Origin: a phage
NCBI GenBank assembly: GCA_018175075.1
Contig: GCA_018175075.1_4100.1
Length of the DNA stretch: 64,000 nt
Reading direction: 5' to 3' (one strand)
Notes under the pieces: model-generated
Told to the model about the DNA's origin: nothing
Database searches by the model: none
Seen by the model: the letters and a program-made list of their open reading frames with translations, nothing else
In this document: one piece after another, positions 51,787 through 59,578 of the stretch
How positions within the stretch are numbered: the stretch's first letter is position 1
Layout: every line of letters begins with the position of its first letter
Position numbers and translations under genes: made by a program

Positions 51787-52143
51787 ATGGGAATACAACA
51801 TATCACGCGTACTACTGACAATGGCGAGATCACTGGTTATCAGGTACAGGGCAAAGTAGCACAATTGCAGTACTGGTTTGTTAAACGTGGAATCATTGCA
51901 CCGGATCTTGATTATGACCGTGTTGCTTTCATTGATTCTCTTTATGTTGATCCTGATAGTCGGGGCAATGGTGAAGGTAACGAATTAATGAATGCCTTTA
52001 TCGATGCCGCCGATGATTCAGATTGTATCATCTTAGAATGCGATACGGGAGAAGATAACGCCTTTAATCTTAAAGAATGGTACGAAGGTTTCGGATTCGA
52101 GGTATTGATAGATAGTGAATATCCTATCATGATTTTATCATAG
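51787..52143 (+). CDS. GNAT-family N-acetyltransferase
   Basis: YVDPDSRGNGEGNELMNAFID (motif A-like), WYEGFGFE; GAGGA SD. Confidence 0.7.
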   Translation: MGIQHITRTTDNGEITGYQVQGKVAQLQYWFVKRGIIAPDLDYDRVAFIDSLYVDPDSRGNGEGNELMNAFIDAADDSDCIILECDTGEDNAFNLKEWYEGFGFEVLIDSEYPIMILS

Positions 52144-52215
52144 TACTTGCATTTAGTTTTCAGTACTGTTATAGTACTTACATCAAGGGGAAACATCTTC
52201 CCCTACTAAGAGGAA

Positions 52216-52410
52216 ATGAAAATGGAAAACTTATCAAGTATTTTAGTACAAGATGATTTCGGTAATCCTGGAAGTGCTATCATAGTTCGGGGCAATAAAG
52301 CAACGTTTGTTATTGCTGGTGGACCCGTACAGCGTAGCATTAAAAATAATGCTGTTACCATTAATAATGTACGCTATCGCTTAGATAAAGAATTAATTCA
52401 TAAACTGTAA
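52216..52410 (+). CDS. hypothetical protein
   Basis: 64 aa (or start 52222); promoter+GGGGAA/TTCCCC hairpin. Confidence 0.6.
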   Translation: MKMENLSSILVQDDFGNPGSAIIVRGNKATFVIAGGPVQRSIKNNAVTINNVRYRLDKELIHKL

Positions 52411-52437
52411 TATTAATTTAATAGAGGATAACAATAA

Positions 52438-52761
52438 ATGTACATTCATACTACTATCACAAAGGAAGTCCGTTGCCAGTTCGAAAGTATTCCGGGCGTA
52501 TGTTTCATCACTGGTACGTTTTCCCCTGGTGATCGTGATAATCCAGTACTGTTACAATTACGCCATCCATCATGGGATAAAGCATTTGATCTACCGTTGA
52601 ATGAATTCGCAACTACTGCTGAAAAGTACATTAAAAATATTCGCGAGAATGATCGACTATTCATTAATGCTTTTAGTGATTCCGCGTTAAGCGAGATCCA
52701 CGGTGTATTGGTTGCAATCATGGAATCAATGGAGAAAACTAAATTCAAACAAGGTGAATAA
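52438..52761 (+). CDS. hypothetical protein
   Basis: 107 aa; AGAGGA SD. Confidence 0.65.
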   Translation: MYIHTTITKEVRCQFESIPGVCFITGTFSPGDRDNPVLLQLRHPSWDKAFDLPLNEFATTAEKYIKNIRENDRLFINAFSDSALSEIHGVLVAIMESMEKTKFKQGE

Positions 52762-52844
52762 AAACTATTGACAAGATAATCTAGTACTGTATAATAAGTT
52801 ACATGAAGGGGAGAAATGATTCTCCCCACTGAGAGGAAAGAAAA

Positions 52845-53057
52845 ATGCAAGGTCAACTAATCGTTCGTAAATGGTCTGATACTAACGCTAAACCGTGGGA
52901 TGTACAATACATCGGCCCCAATGGTGAATCCAGATATCAACCAGGTGTAACGCATAGTACTGAGCAATTCGCCGCCGCTCATCGTGAACGTCTGTTACAA
53001 TCAATGCAGCAAGGTTCCGGTGAAAAATTCATTCAGGATCATTGGCTGAAAGATTAA
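52845..53057 (+). CDS. hypothetical protein
   Basis: 70 aa; promoter+hairpin+GAGAGG SD. Confidence 0.65.
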   Translation: MQGQLIVRKWSDTNAKPWDVQYIGPNGESRYQPGVTHSTEQFAAAHRERLLQSMQQGSGEKFIQDHWLKD

Positions 53058-53143
53058 AAAGTACTTGCACAGTACTGAATAAAGTGTATAATGTTTTATA
53101 TCGGAAGGGGAATAGTTCCCCTCCCAACAAAGAGGAAAGTATA

Positions 53144-53317
53144 ATGATCCAAGTAGAATTATCAGTACTGAAAGATCTGTTTTATCGGTTAGGTACTAAT
53201 GGCGAGTATCCTAAAAGTGATACCGCAAAACTTTTTGTATCACTCGACTTATGGCAACGCGAACAATTAGTAATGTCCTGGCGTAAAGGTAAAGCAGATC
53301 GCGAGGTGAAAGCATGA
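53144..53317 (+). CDS. hypothetical protein
   Basis: 57 aa from MIQVELSVL; promoter+hairpin. Confidence 0.55.
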   Translation: MIQVELSVLKDLFYRLGTNGEYPKSDTAKLFVSLDLWQREQLVMSWRKGKADREVKA

Positions 53318-53463
53318 AAGAATTCTTATTCGAAGTAGTGTTTCAAGGTGTCGGTAGTAACCAACTGATTCGATCAAGTGGTTACAATGTCAACCAGGCA
53401 TGGAATAACATTAAACAAATGTACCCGAACGCTATCACCTATCGCAACCCGAAAGAAGTTTAA
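53314..53463 (+). CDS. 49-aa small protein
   Basis: ATGA coupling; MKEFLFEVVFQGVGSNQ... Confidence 0.45.
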   Translation: MKEFLFEVVFQGVGSNQLIRSSGYNVNQAWNNIKQMYPNAITYRNPKEV

Positions 53464-53477
53464 AAATAATTGAAAAA

Positions 53478-53560
53478 GGGATTGACTCCGGTCAGTCCCT
53501 TTGCTATTATATACGCATAGAAACAAATCAGCCCACCGGGTGCATAAATGTATCTATTGT
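53478..53560 (+). promoter_or_regulatory. fused terminator-promoter hairpin + GGGTGC-core element, copy 8
   Basis: GGGATTGAC-TCCG-GTCAGTCCC; TTGACT-N17-TATTAT; ..GCCCACCGGGUGC.. Confidence 0.55.
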
Positions 53561-53600
53561 TTGCTGGTGGCTAGTACTGAAAACTATTTTAAAAAAGTAC

Positions 53601-53744
53601 TTGCATTGTACTTAGAATAAAGTATAATGTTTTACATCAGGACGGGGAACGAAACAAGTAACCCCGTTAAGTAGTCCAGGAGTAAGACATACGAAAAACT
53701 CCCCTGATAAAATAGTTTGACAATAGAAAGTAAACGAGTATAAT
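53601..53744 (+). ncRNA. conserved ~80-nt leader RNA L2 between tandem promoters
   Basis: near-copy of L1 with ACGGGG/CCCCGU stem variant; downstream gene unrelated to that of L1. Confidence 0.4.
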
Positions 53745-53777
53745 ACTCACATCAACCACTGATAAGGAAACATAAAA

Positions 53778-54053
53778 ATGCGGATTCTACTGACAGCTAA
53801 CGAAATCGAACAAGTACTGACTACTAACCTGGAAGACTGGAAACGTGAAGCAGATATCCAGGCGGTTCAACAGCTTAACGATGAGTTAACGCCGGATGAC
53901 TTAAGCAAGATTGTAGATCCTCAATTCTACGAAGATATCCACGACACCGCGTTAAGCGTCGAGGATGTACTAGATAAGCACTACATTGATATTGATTTGC
54001 AGGTTTACGGTCGTAAAAACTTTATCACTATTCACGACATTTACAATAATTAA
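53778..54053 (+). CDS. hypothetical acidic protein
   Basis: 91 aa; tandem promoters + conserved leader upstream. Confidence 0.65.
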   Translation: MRILLTANEIEQVLTTNLEDWKREADIQAVQQLNDELTPDDLSKIVDPQFYEDIHDTALSVEDVLDKHYIDIDLQVYGRKNFITIHDIYNN

Positions 54054-54056
54054 GTA

Positions 54057-54118
54057 TTGACAAAGTATCTTAGTACTGTATAATAGTTTACATCGAGTGA
54101 GGGGAAACGGTTCCCCTC
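54057..54118 (+). promoter_or_regulatory. mini-gene promoter + 5'UTR hairpin unit
   Basis: TTGACA-N16-TGTATAAT + GAGGGGAA-ACGG-TTCCCCTC; near-identical copy at 54328-54390. Confidence 0.6.
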
Positions 54119-54141
54119 CTAACAAAGAGAGAGAAATAAAA

Positions 54142-54324
54142 ATGGCTAAGTGCACTATCTGCAAGAAAGAAATAGTATTAGTTCCAAGTGCCCGTGAACG
54201 TGCCGCTCGGTTCGGTGGCAAAGCGTCAGACTATACAAAAATGTTTACTACCCATGCAGCTTGCCAGGTAGCAAAACGTTCACAAGAAAGCGTAGAATTA
54301 ATGCGTAAACTTTCCAAAAAATAA
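54142..54324 (+). CDS. small Cys-containing protein (possible Zn ribbon)
   Basis: MAKCTICKKEIVLVP...THAACQV; promoter+hairpin. Confidence 0.6.
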   Translation: MAKCTICKKEIVLVPSARERAARFGGKASDYTKMFTTHAACQVAKRSQESVELMRKLSKK

Positions 54325-54411
54325 GTATTGACAAAGTATCTTAGTACTGTATAATAGTTTACATCAAGTGAGGGGAATGGTTCCCCTCCTAACTAAAAGA
54401 GAGAAATAAAA

Positions 54412-54735
54412 ATGGCTATGATCCTTGCCCAGAAAGTAGAATTGAAAATTGTAACCTCATTTGACATTAACGTTAATCGGTGGACTGATTCACACGGCAA
54501 TACTTACCACTCTTGCTACGTGTCTGCGTTAATTGGCGACCGCTGGGAAGACCTGGGACATGAAACCTTTACATACGGTTACGGCACACAAGGCGAATAC
54601 ACGGGCTTGGAGATCATTAAAGAAACCGTTATAGGTTTCAACCCGAAAGAAAAAGTTATTCACCAAATCGAAAAAGAGATTAACAAAGAAATAACAGTTC
54701 GATACAACGATGTAAAACGTAAGAAAGACATGTAA
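54412..54735 (+). CDS. hypothetical protein (paralog of 47590..47913)
   Basis: NRWTDSHGNTYHSCYVS...FTYGYGTQ...VKRKKDM. Confidence 0.7.
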   Translation: MAMILAQKVELKIVTSFDINVNRWTDSHGNTYHSCYVSALIGDRWEDLGHETFTYGYGTQGEYTGLEIIKETVIGFNPKEKVIHQIEKEINKEITVRYNDVKRKKDM

Positions 54736-54830
54736 TAGAATCCATTTAAAGTACTATTTGACATTGCCCAGATAGTACTTTATAATAGACTCTAACTTGT
54801 AGTACTAACTTAACTAATAGGATGTATACC

Positions 54831-55226
54831 ATGATTACTAAATTCTACGCTACCCGTGAAGCTGCCCGTATTGTTGCACGCGAGGAAGGAGCAGCATTTA
54901 AAGACATGGGCAAAGATGCACCGAAAGGCCAACGCTGGGCCGTACAGTTCAAAGAGATCTCTGATATTGTGAATTCACCTGAGCCAGTACTAACAGCAGC
55001 AGAACTAAAACGAGCGGATATGCTGGCGGCAATACTTGACGCACAAGATGAGTTTATCGCTGGTTCTGATATCAAAGTACAGGTAAACCACACCGCATGG
55101 ACTCACGCGGATCACCTGGCAAACCTTAAGCGTCCAAGTGAACTGATTCGCAACCAGAAAGAGATCCGACATGATCGTAAGGGTAATCGTGTAACAGTAT
55201 ACAGTAAACGCCGCCAGGTTATCTAA
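54831..55226 (+). CDS. hypothetical protein (paralog of 41555..41818)
   Basis: MITKFYATREAARIVAREEGAAFKDMG...DRKGNRVTVYSKRR. Confidence 0.65.
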   Translation: MITKFYATREAARIVAREEGAAFKDMGKDAPKGQRWAVQFKEISDIVNSPEPVLTAAELKRADMLAAILDAQDEFIAGSDIKVQVNHTAWTHADHLANLKRPSELIRNQKEIRHDRKGNRVTVYSKRRQVI

Positions 55227-55248
55227 TAACTTGCAGTACTAACAACAC

Positions 55249-55273
55249 GGCGGGATCAGTTCCCGCCTTTTTT
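55249..55273 (+). terminator. intrinsic terminator
   Basis: GGCGGGA-TCAG-TTCCCGCC + T6. Confidence 0.7.
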
Positions 55274-55287
55274 ATAGGACAAACAAA

Positions 55288-55542
55288 ATGATTAAGGTTC
55301 AACTATATAAAGATAACATCTTACGGGTACACTATAAAGCACCTCAGAGAATCATCACAAAGGCCGTACAGCTTGCTAATGAGTTTATTAATGGTAACCT
55401 ATTACCTAGGAAGTTAAGCAACGGGAAACTGCGTGTAATCGACGTGGACACTAACAACAGGATAGTAATCGAGAACACAGGAAAGATAAACCTTTATGAG
55501 CATCAACAATACAATAAGAAAATAAAACTAATATCACGTTGA
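55288..55542 (+). CDS. hypothetical protein
   Basis: 84 aa; follows terminator at 55249. Confidence 0.6.
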   Translation: MIKVQLYKDNILRVHYKAPQRIITKAVQLANEFINGNLLPRKLSNGKLRVIDVDTNNRIVIENTGKINLYEHQQYNKKIKLISR

Positions 55543-55595
55543 CAGTACTCAAATGTTTTAGTACTATGTACACATACCAACACGGGAGAAACAAA

Positions 55596-55814
55596 ATGAA
55601 ATTATCTAAAATCGAAAAGAAAACTATTGATGAAGCAGTTAAGCACGGTTATACCTTTCGTAATGATTCACATTTTACCAATTTTCAACAAGGGTATCGT
55701 ACTATTAAAAAACTAATTGACAAAGGTTTATTAGTTGAAGTCAATAACGGTAACGGTATCGAGTATCAACCAACACAAGACGCATTTTATTTTAAGAAAT
55801 ATAATATTATCTAA
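55596..55814 (+). CDS. hypothetical protein
   Basis: 72 aa from MKLSKIEKK; TTGACA-N17-TACTAT promoter at 55540. Confidence 0.6.
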   Translation: MKLSKIEKKTIDEAVKHGYTFRNDSHFTNFQQGYRTIKKLIDKGLLVEVNNGNGIEYQPTQDAFYFKKYNII

Positions 55815-55872
55815 TTGACAGTACTCAAATGTTTTAGTACTATATGTACATACCAACACGGGGAGAAACAAA

Positions 55873-56115
55873 ATGATTACTTTAGAAAAACGTATCAAAG
55901 AAACTACATCGCTGGTGGAACTGTTAACAGTACTGAAATGTAAAACAACACCATTCAGCACGCCGGACTTTATTAATATGGTTGATGTTAATGGTCGCTA
56001 TCGTATCACGGTCGTGAATGGTGCGGCGAAAGTATTCAGTACTAAAAACACTAAGGAAGTGATCCACGCCGTTAATGTTAAAAAAGTAGTTGCCATTGAT
56101 AGTAAAGTACTGTAA
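55873..56115 (+). CDS. hypothetical protein
   Basis: 80 aa; near-identical copy of the 55540 promoter upstream. Confidence 0.6.
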   Translation: MITLEKRIKETTSLVELLTVLKCKTTPFSTPDFINMVDVNGRYRITVVNGAAKVFSTKNTKEVIHAVNVKKVVAIDSKVL

Positions 56116-56146
56116 GATAGTTTCATTAACTCAAGGAGTAAATGCA

Positions 56147-56731
56147 ATGCGTAATTATACTAAATTCATCCGTACACTGTCAGAAATGGAAACCAACAAA
56201 GAGATCCTTTCAGCTTGTCGGTTAGCTGGCCTGGAGATCATCGGGGCGGGATCTTCCCGTATAGTTTTCGCTTTAAATGATCGGTTAGTGATTAAGGTCG
56301 CGAATTGTGATGCGGGTGTAGAACAAAATGAAACTGAATGTAAGGTATGGAATTTTTTAGACTATGACCGCCCTCAGTTGAAACAGTACTTTGCAAAGGT
56401 GCATATGCATTTATGCGATCCTGATAATATGTTTATCGTTATGGATCGGTTGAGTACTGCAAGCAAAGGCAGTGTGAAGCACGTTAACGCGTGCAATGAA
56501 TTAAAGTACAATATTAAACGTAATGCAATCGAACGCCAGCACCGCTTTGCTGATGCACTACAACACGTTGATGATACATTATCAACACTAACGATAAGAG
56601 ATATCAGAAAACAGAATATCGGCCAGGATCGTAATGGACTTATTAAAGTACTTGATTACGGTTTAACCCGCAATATCTGGAATCAGTACTATAAAAAGCG
56701 TGATGTAGCAGCAAGTAAGGTAACACGATAA
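56147..56731 (+). CDS. protein-kinase-like protein (mini-kinase 3)
   Basis: IIGAGSSRIVF...LVIKVA; RDIRKQNIGQDRNGLIKVLDYG; AAGGAG SD. Confidence 0.55.
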   Translation: MRNYTKFIRTLSEMETNKEILSACRLAGLEIIGAGSSRIVFALNDRLVIKVANCDAGVEQNETECKVWNFLDYDRPQLKQYFAKVHMHLCDPDNMFIVMDRLSTASKGSVKHVNACNELKYNIKRNAIERQHRFADALQHVDDTLSTLTIRDIRKQNIGQDRNGLIKVLDYGLTRNIWNQYYKKRDVAASKVTR

Positions 56732-56745
56732 AAAAGATTAAAAAA

Positions 56746-56832
56746 GGGATTGACTCCGGTCAGTCCCTTTGCTATTATATATTCATTGAGAGATAACTCA
56801 CTGACCCATAGGGTGCATAAGTGTATCTATTA
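56746..56832 (+). promoter_or_regulatory. fused terminator-promoter hairpin + GGGTGC-core element, copy 9
   Basis: same hairpin; TTGACT-N17-TATTAT; ..UGAGAGAUAACUCA..ACCCAUAGGGUGC. Confidence 0.55.
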
Positions 56833-56953
56833 TATAAGTATTCAGTACTGGAAACTATTTTTAAAAAGTACTTGCATTGTACTTAGAATCAAGTATAATG
56901 TTTTATATCGAGAGGGGGAAATGGTTCTCCCTGGTACATTAAGGAATAAAATC

Positions 56954-57175
56954 ATGACTACAATGACTTGCATTCACGCTTCAAACCTGCTTAATGATGC
57001 GGCCTTTAATGTTGATTCAGAATATCAATGTTATCGGGATGAAAATAAAAAAGTTTTTGTAGTTGATAATAATGGTTTCCATATTGAATTACAATCCGGC
57101 TTCACTGGTGTTGATGGTAAATCAGTATGGGGCGTACAGGATGATAAAGGTACATATCATTTTAAACGTAATTAA
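56954..57175 (+). CDS. hypothetical protein
   Basis: 73 aa from MTTMTCIH; the long track ORF runs through the regulatory module. Confidence 0.6.
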   Translation: MTTMTCIHASNLLNDAAFNVDSEYQCYRDENKKVFVVDNNGFHIELQSGFTGVDGKSVWGVQDDKGTYHFKRN

Positions 57176-57261
57176 GTATTGACAAAGTATATCAGTACTG
57201 TATAATAGTTTACATCAAGGGGAGAATAGTTCTCCCCACACCAATAAAAGGAAACAAAATT

Positions 57262-57534
57262 ATGTCCAGCTACTCCGCTACTATGATCATTAAAGATATG
57301 AACGGTAATCCTACTTCTGCTGGTGGATCATTTGGAAACATTAATTTAGATGGTCGGTTATCCATGCAATCAGCCATTGATGCAGCTAAAGAAGTTTTTA
57401 AGAATGAATGTACTGTAAGCAAGCTGGATTATATGGGATTCGCTATCGAGAAAACTAATCGTTTTGTGAACTACAAAAAGCCTATGATGATTGATACTAA
57501 CCTGAAAGCTAACGAAGTGGAATACTTATTATGA
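57262..57534 (+). CDS. hypothetical protein
   Basis: 90 aa; promoter+hairpin. Confidence 0.65.
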   Translation: MSSYSATMIIKDMNGNPTSAGGSFGNINLDGRLSMQSAIDAAKEVFKNECTVSKLDYMGFAIEKTNRFVNYKKPMMIDTNLKANEVEYLL

Positions 57535-57722
57535 CAGTAGAAGAAGTTAAAAAAGTACTGGCAGTACTACGCTATCATAATCATTGTAAGGTGAAGAATG
57601 ATCCTGATTATCTTGATTCATCCCTGGAGGAAGACACCTTAAACGCGATAAGCTATATGCAAACATTAGCAAAGCGTATGACCGAAAAGAATAGGCCGGA
57701 CTATATAGGAAATAAAATTTAA
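57531..57722 (+). CDS. hypothetical protein
   Basis: 63 aa; ATGA coupling. Confidence 0.6.
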   Translation: MTVEEVKKVLAVLRYHNHCKVKNDPDYLDSSLEEDTLNAISYMQTLAKRMTEKNRPDYIGNKI

Positions 57723-57809
57723 AAAGTACTTGCATTGTAGTTAGATTAACGTATAATGTTTTATATCGAGAGGGGGAAATGGTTTCCCCTCAAGTCCAGG
57801 AGATACACC

Positions 57810-58073
57810 ATGAACACTATCGAAATCACTATCAATGCACACGTATACGACAACGTAGTACTGCAAACTACTATGACCGCTAATGATACCAGTACTTTGC
57901 GGAATACTGTTATTAGTGCCGTATGTGCTGCAATCGGTGATGTCGCCCTGGAAAATGCAAAACACGTAAACGATGGTTTCACTATGTGCAAACGTGATAA
58001 CGCAAAACATATCATCGTGGAAGGTTACGGCGGTGTAGAATTTAATGTTTATATGAAAAAAGTACTTGCATAA
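57810..58073 (+). CDS. hypothetical protein
   Basis: 87 aa from MNTIEITI; 3' end (KKVLA*) overlaps the next -35. Confidence 0.65.
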   Translation: MNTIEITINAHVYDNVVLQTTMTANDTSTLRNTVISAVCAAIGDVALENAKHVNDGFTMCKRDNAKHIIVEGYGGVEFNVYMKKVLA

Positions 58074-58140
58074 TAACTAAAACAAAGTATAATGTTTTGC
58101 ATAGGGGGAGATATCCTCCCCCACTAAAAGGAGTAATAAA

Positions 58141-58365
58141 ATGGCTAACTTTGATGAACTGATGCGGGAAGTAGCTACCCTGGCAGAAGAGAAGAAATCA
58201 TTCGATTCTATCTATAACACCGCTCACCGTGATTCAGTACTGGCATGTACTCAGGATCAAAAAGATGAACTAATCGCCACCTATCATGAAGCATGGAAGT
58301 ACTACCGCCAATGGGAGAAAGAAGAAAGCGAGTCTACCATCAACGGCATCAATAATCTAATCTAA
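58141..58365 (+). CDS. hypothetical protein
   Basis: 74 aa; promoter+GGGGGAG/CTCCCCC hairpin. Confidence 0.65.
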   Translation: MANFDELMREVATLAEEKKSFDSIYNTAHRDSVLACTQDQKDELIATYHEAWKYYRQWEKEESESTINGINNLI

Positions 58366-58371
58366 AAGTTT

Positions 58372-58425
58372 TATTTCAGTACTATTGACATAGCTTGATA
58401 GTACTGATGTAATAACTTTACTAAC
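58372..58425 (+). repeat. type-2 promoter repeat (variant)
   Basis: ..TCAGTACTATTGACATAGCTTGATAGTACTGATGTAAT. Confidence 0.55.
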
Positions 58426-58441
58426 TACAAGGGGAAACATC

Positions 58442-58699
58442 ATGGAACAATTCACACAATATCGGGTAAATCCTCAAGCTATGGCCTACGTAGAAGACCA
58501 TAAAACGTTACCAGTACTGCAACCAGTTAAAGGCCATATCTATCGTGGCCTTGCCTGGGATACGGCCCAGGATGGATATAAAACCGTCGCAGTGGGGATG
58601 TATTGCGGGAATGGTGAATGGTTTGATCCTAACAATCCGATTGCACTTGACAGTACTGAAAAAATGAAATGGGCCGACTACATCGAAGATATTTCATAA
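58442..58699 (+). CDS. hypothetical protein
   Basis: 85 aa; type-2 promoter repeat upstream. Confidence 0.6.
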   Translation: MEQFTQYRVNPQAMAYVEDHKTLPVLQPVKGHIYRGLAWDTAQDGYKTVAVGMYCGNGEWFDPNNPIALDSTEKMKWADYIEDIS

Positions 58700-58789
58700 A
58701 AACTATTTGACAGTACTAACCAGTAATGTATAATGTTTTACATAGAGCGGGGGAATAGTTCTCCCGCCAATAGTTTGGAGTAAAACATT

Positions 58790-58990
58790 ATGTCTATCGC
58801 TATCGCCCTGGTTGAAGTACTGAAAGAAGCTAAAGCCAACCTTATCGATGTACAGATTAAGGAATTGCAAAACGGCTTAATCGGCTGTACTTGTACCGCT
58901 GGCGGTGCGGCAGACTATCGAGAACACGAATCACTCGAATCACTGGTTCGGTATCTTACCATGATCGTTGATGATTGGAGAATCATCTAA
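58790..58990 (+). CDS. hypothetical protein
   Basis: 66 aa; promoter+hairpin. Confidence 0.6.
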   Translation: MSIAIALVEVLKEAKANLIDVQIKELQNGLIGCTCTAGGAADYREHESLESLVRYLTMIVDDWRII

Positions 58991-59009
58991 CAAAAAAAGA
59001 ATAAAAAAA

Positions 59010-59090
59010 GGGATTGACTCCGGTCAGTCCCTTTGCTATTATATACGCATAGACAAAAACTAGCCCACAGGGTGCATAAGTGTATCCAAA
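59010..59090 (+). promoter_or_regulatory. fused terminator-promoter hairpin + GGGTGC-core element, copy 10
   Basis: same hairpin; TTGACT-N17-TATTAT; ..UAGACAAAAACUA..GCCCACAGGGUGC. Confidence 0.55.
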
Positions 59091-59238
59091 ATATATAGTT
59101 AATAACGGTGAGTAACTATCTGCTGGTGGAGTGAAAACTATTAATAAAAAAAAGTATTGACAAAGTATATCAGTACTGCAATAATGTATCTCGTAGGGCG
59201 GCAATGGTGCGACGGCCCACAAAGTTAGGAGATTCAAA

Positions 59239-59571
59239 ATGACTACTTCAATCGCTATCGTTAAAGCTTTCATCCGTACTAATGTTTCCTCTGTATTCAT
59301 CGACGGCCTCGACCGTAACGTAGAATACTCAATCATTATCGCACAAACGGCAAACGGTTCTCGGTACATCCTGAATGATAGTGAAGCAAATCACTACTAC
59401 TTCACTAAAGCCACTGGCTTTAAACGCATCGATGCTGATGTAGTATACGCTAAGATGAATAAGCTGGTAGACAAGATTAACGCGAAAGGTACTATCGATT
59501 TACAGTACTGGACCGAAACCGATCCAGAATATGGATCTCACCGCTACCTGAATCCAGGTATTAAAATGTAA
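59239..59571 (+). CDS. hypothetical protein
   Basis: 110 aa; TTGACA promoter at 59158; AGGAG SD. Confidence 0.65.
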   Translation: MTTSIAIVKAFIRTNVSSVFIDGLDRNVEYSIIIAQTANGSRYILNDSEANHYYFTKATGFKRIDADVVYAKMNKLVDKINAKGTIDLQYWTETDPEYGSHRYLNPGIKM

Positions 59572-59578
59572 AAAGTAC

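Noticed and set aside
40712-57810. N-terminal extensions such as MFYIE(S/R)G.., MAYNVLH.., MVLP.. on many track ORFs (40712, 41162, 43235, 44382, 46694, 49070, 53042, 54097, 56750, 57756, 59628)
   Set aside because: The ATG lies inside the conserved -10/start region (TATAATGTTTTACATCGAGAG) or in the leader hairpin. The real starts are the SD-preceded ATGs downstream, mostly ATGGCT.
41524-59369. Minus-strand ORFs in the mini-gene block (41524..41832, 43860..44069, 46182..46469, 46676..46912, 47225..47560, 48961..49303, 51942..52196, 52446..52856, 53970..54221, 54845..55093, 55731..55961, 57547..58015, 58983..59369)
   Set aside because: They run antisense through well-supported + genes and their promoter modules, and have no SD or promoter of their own.
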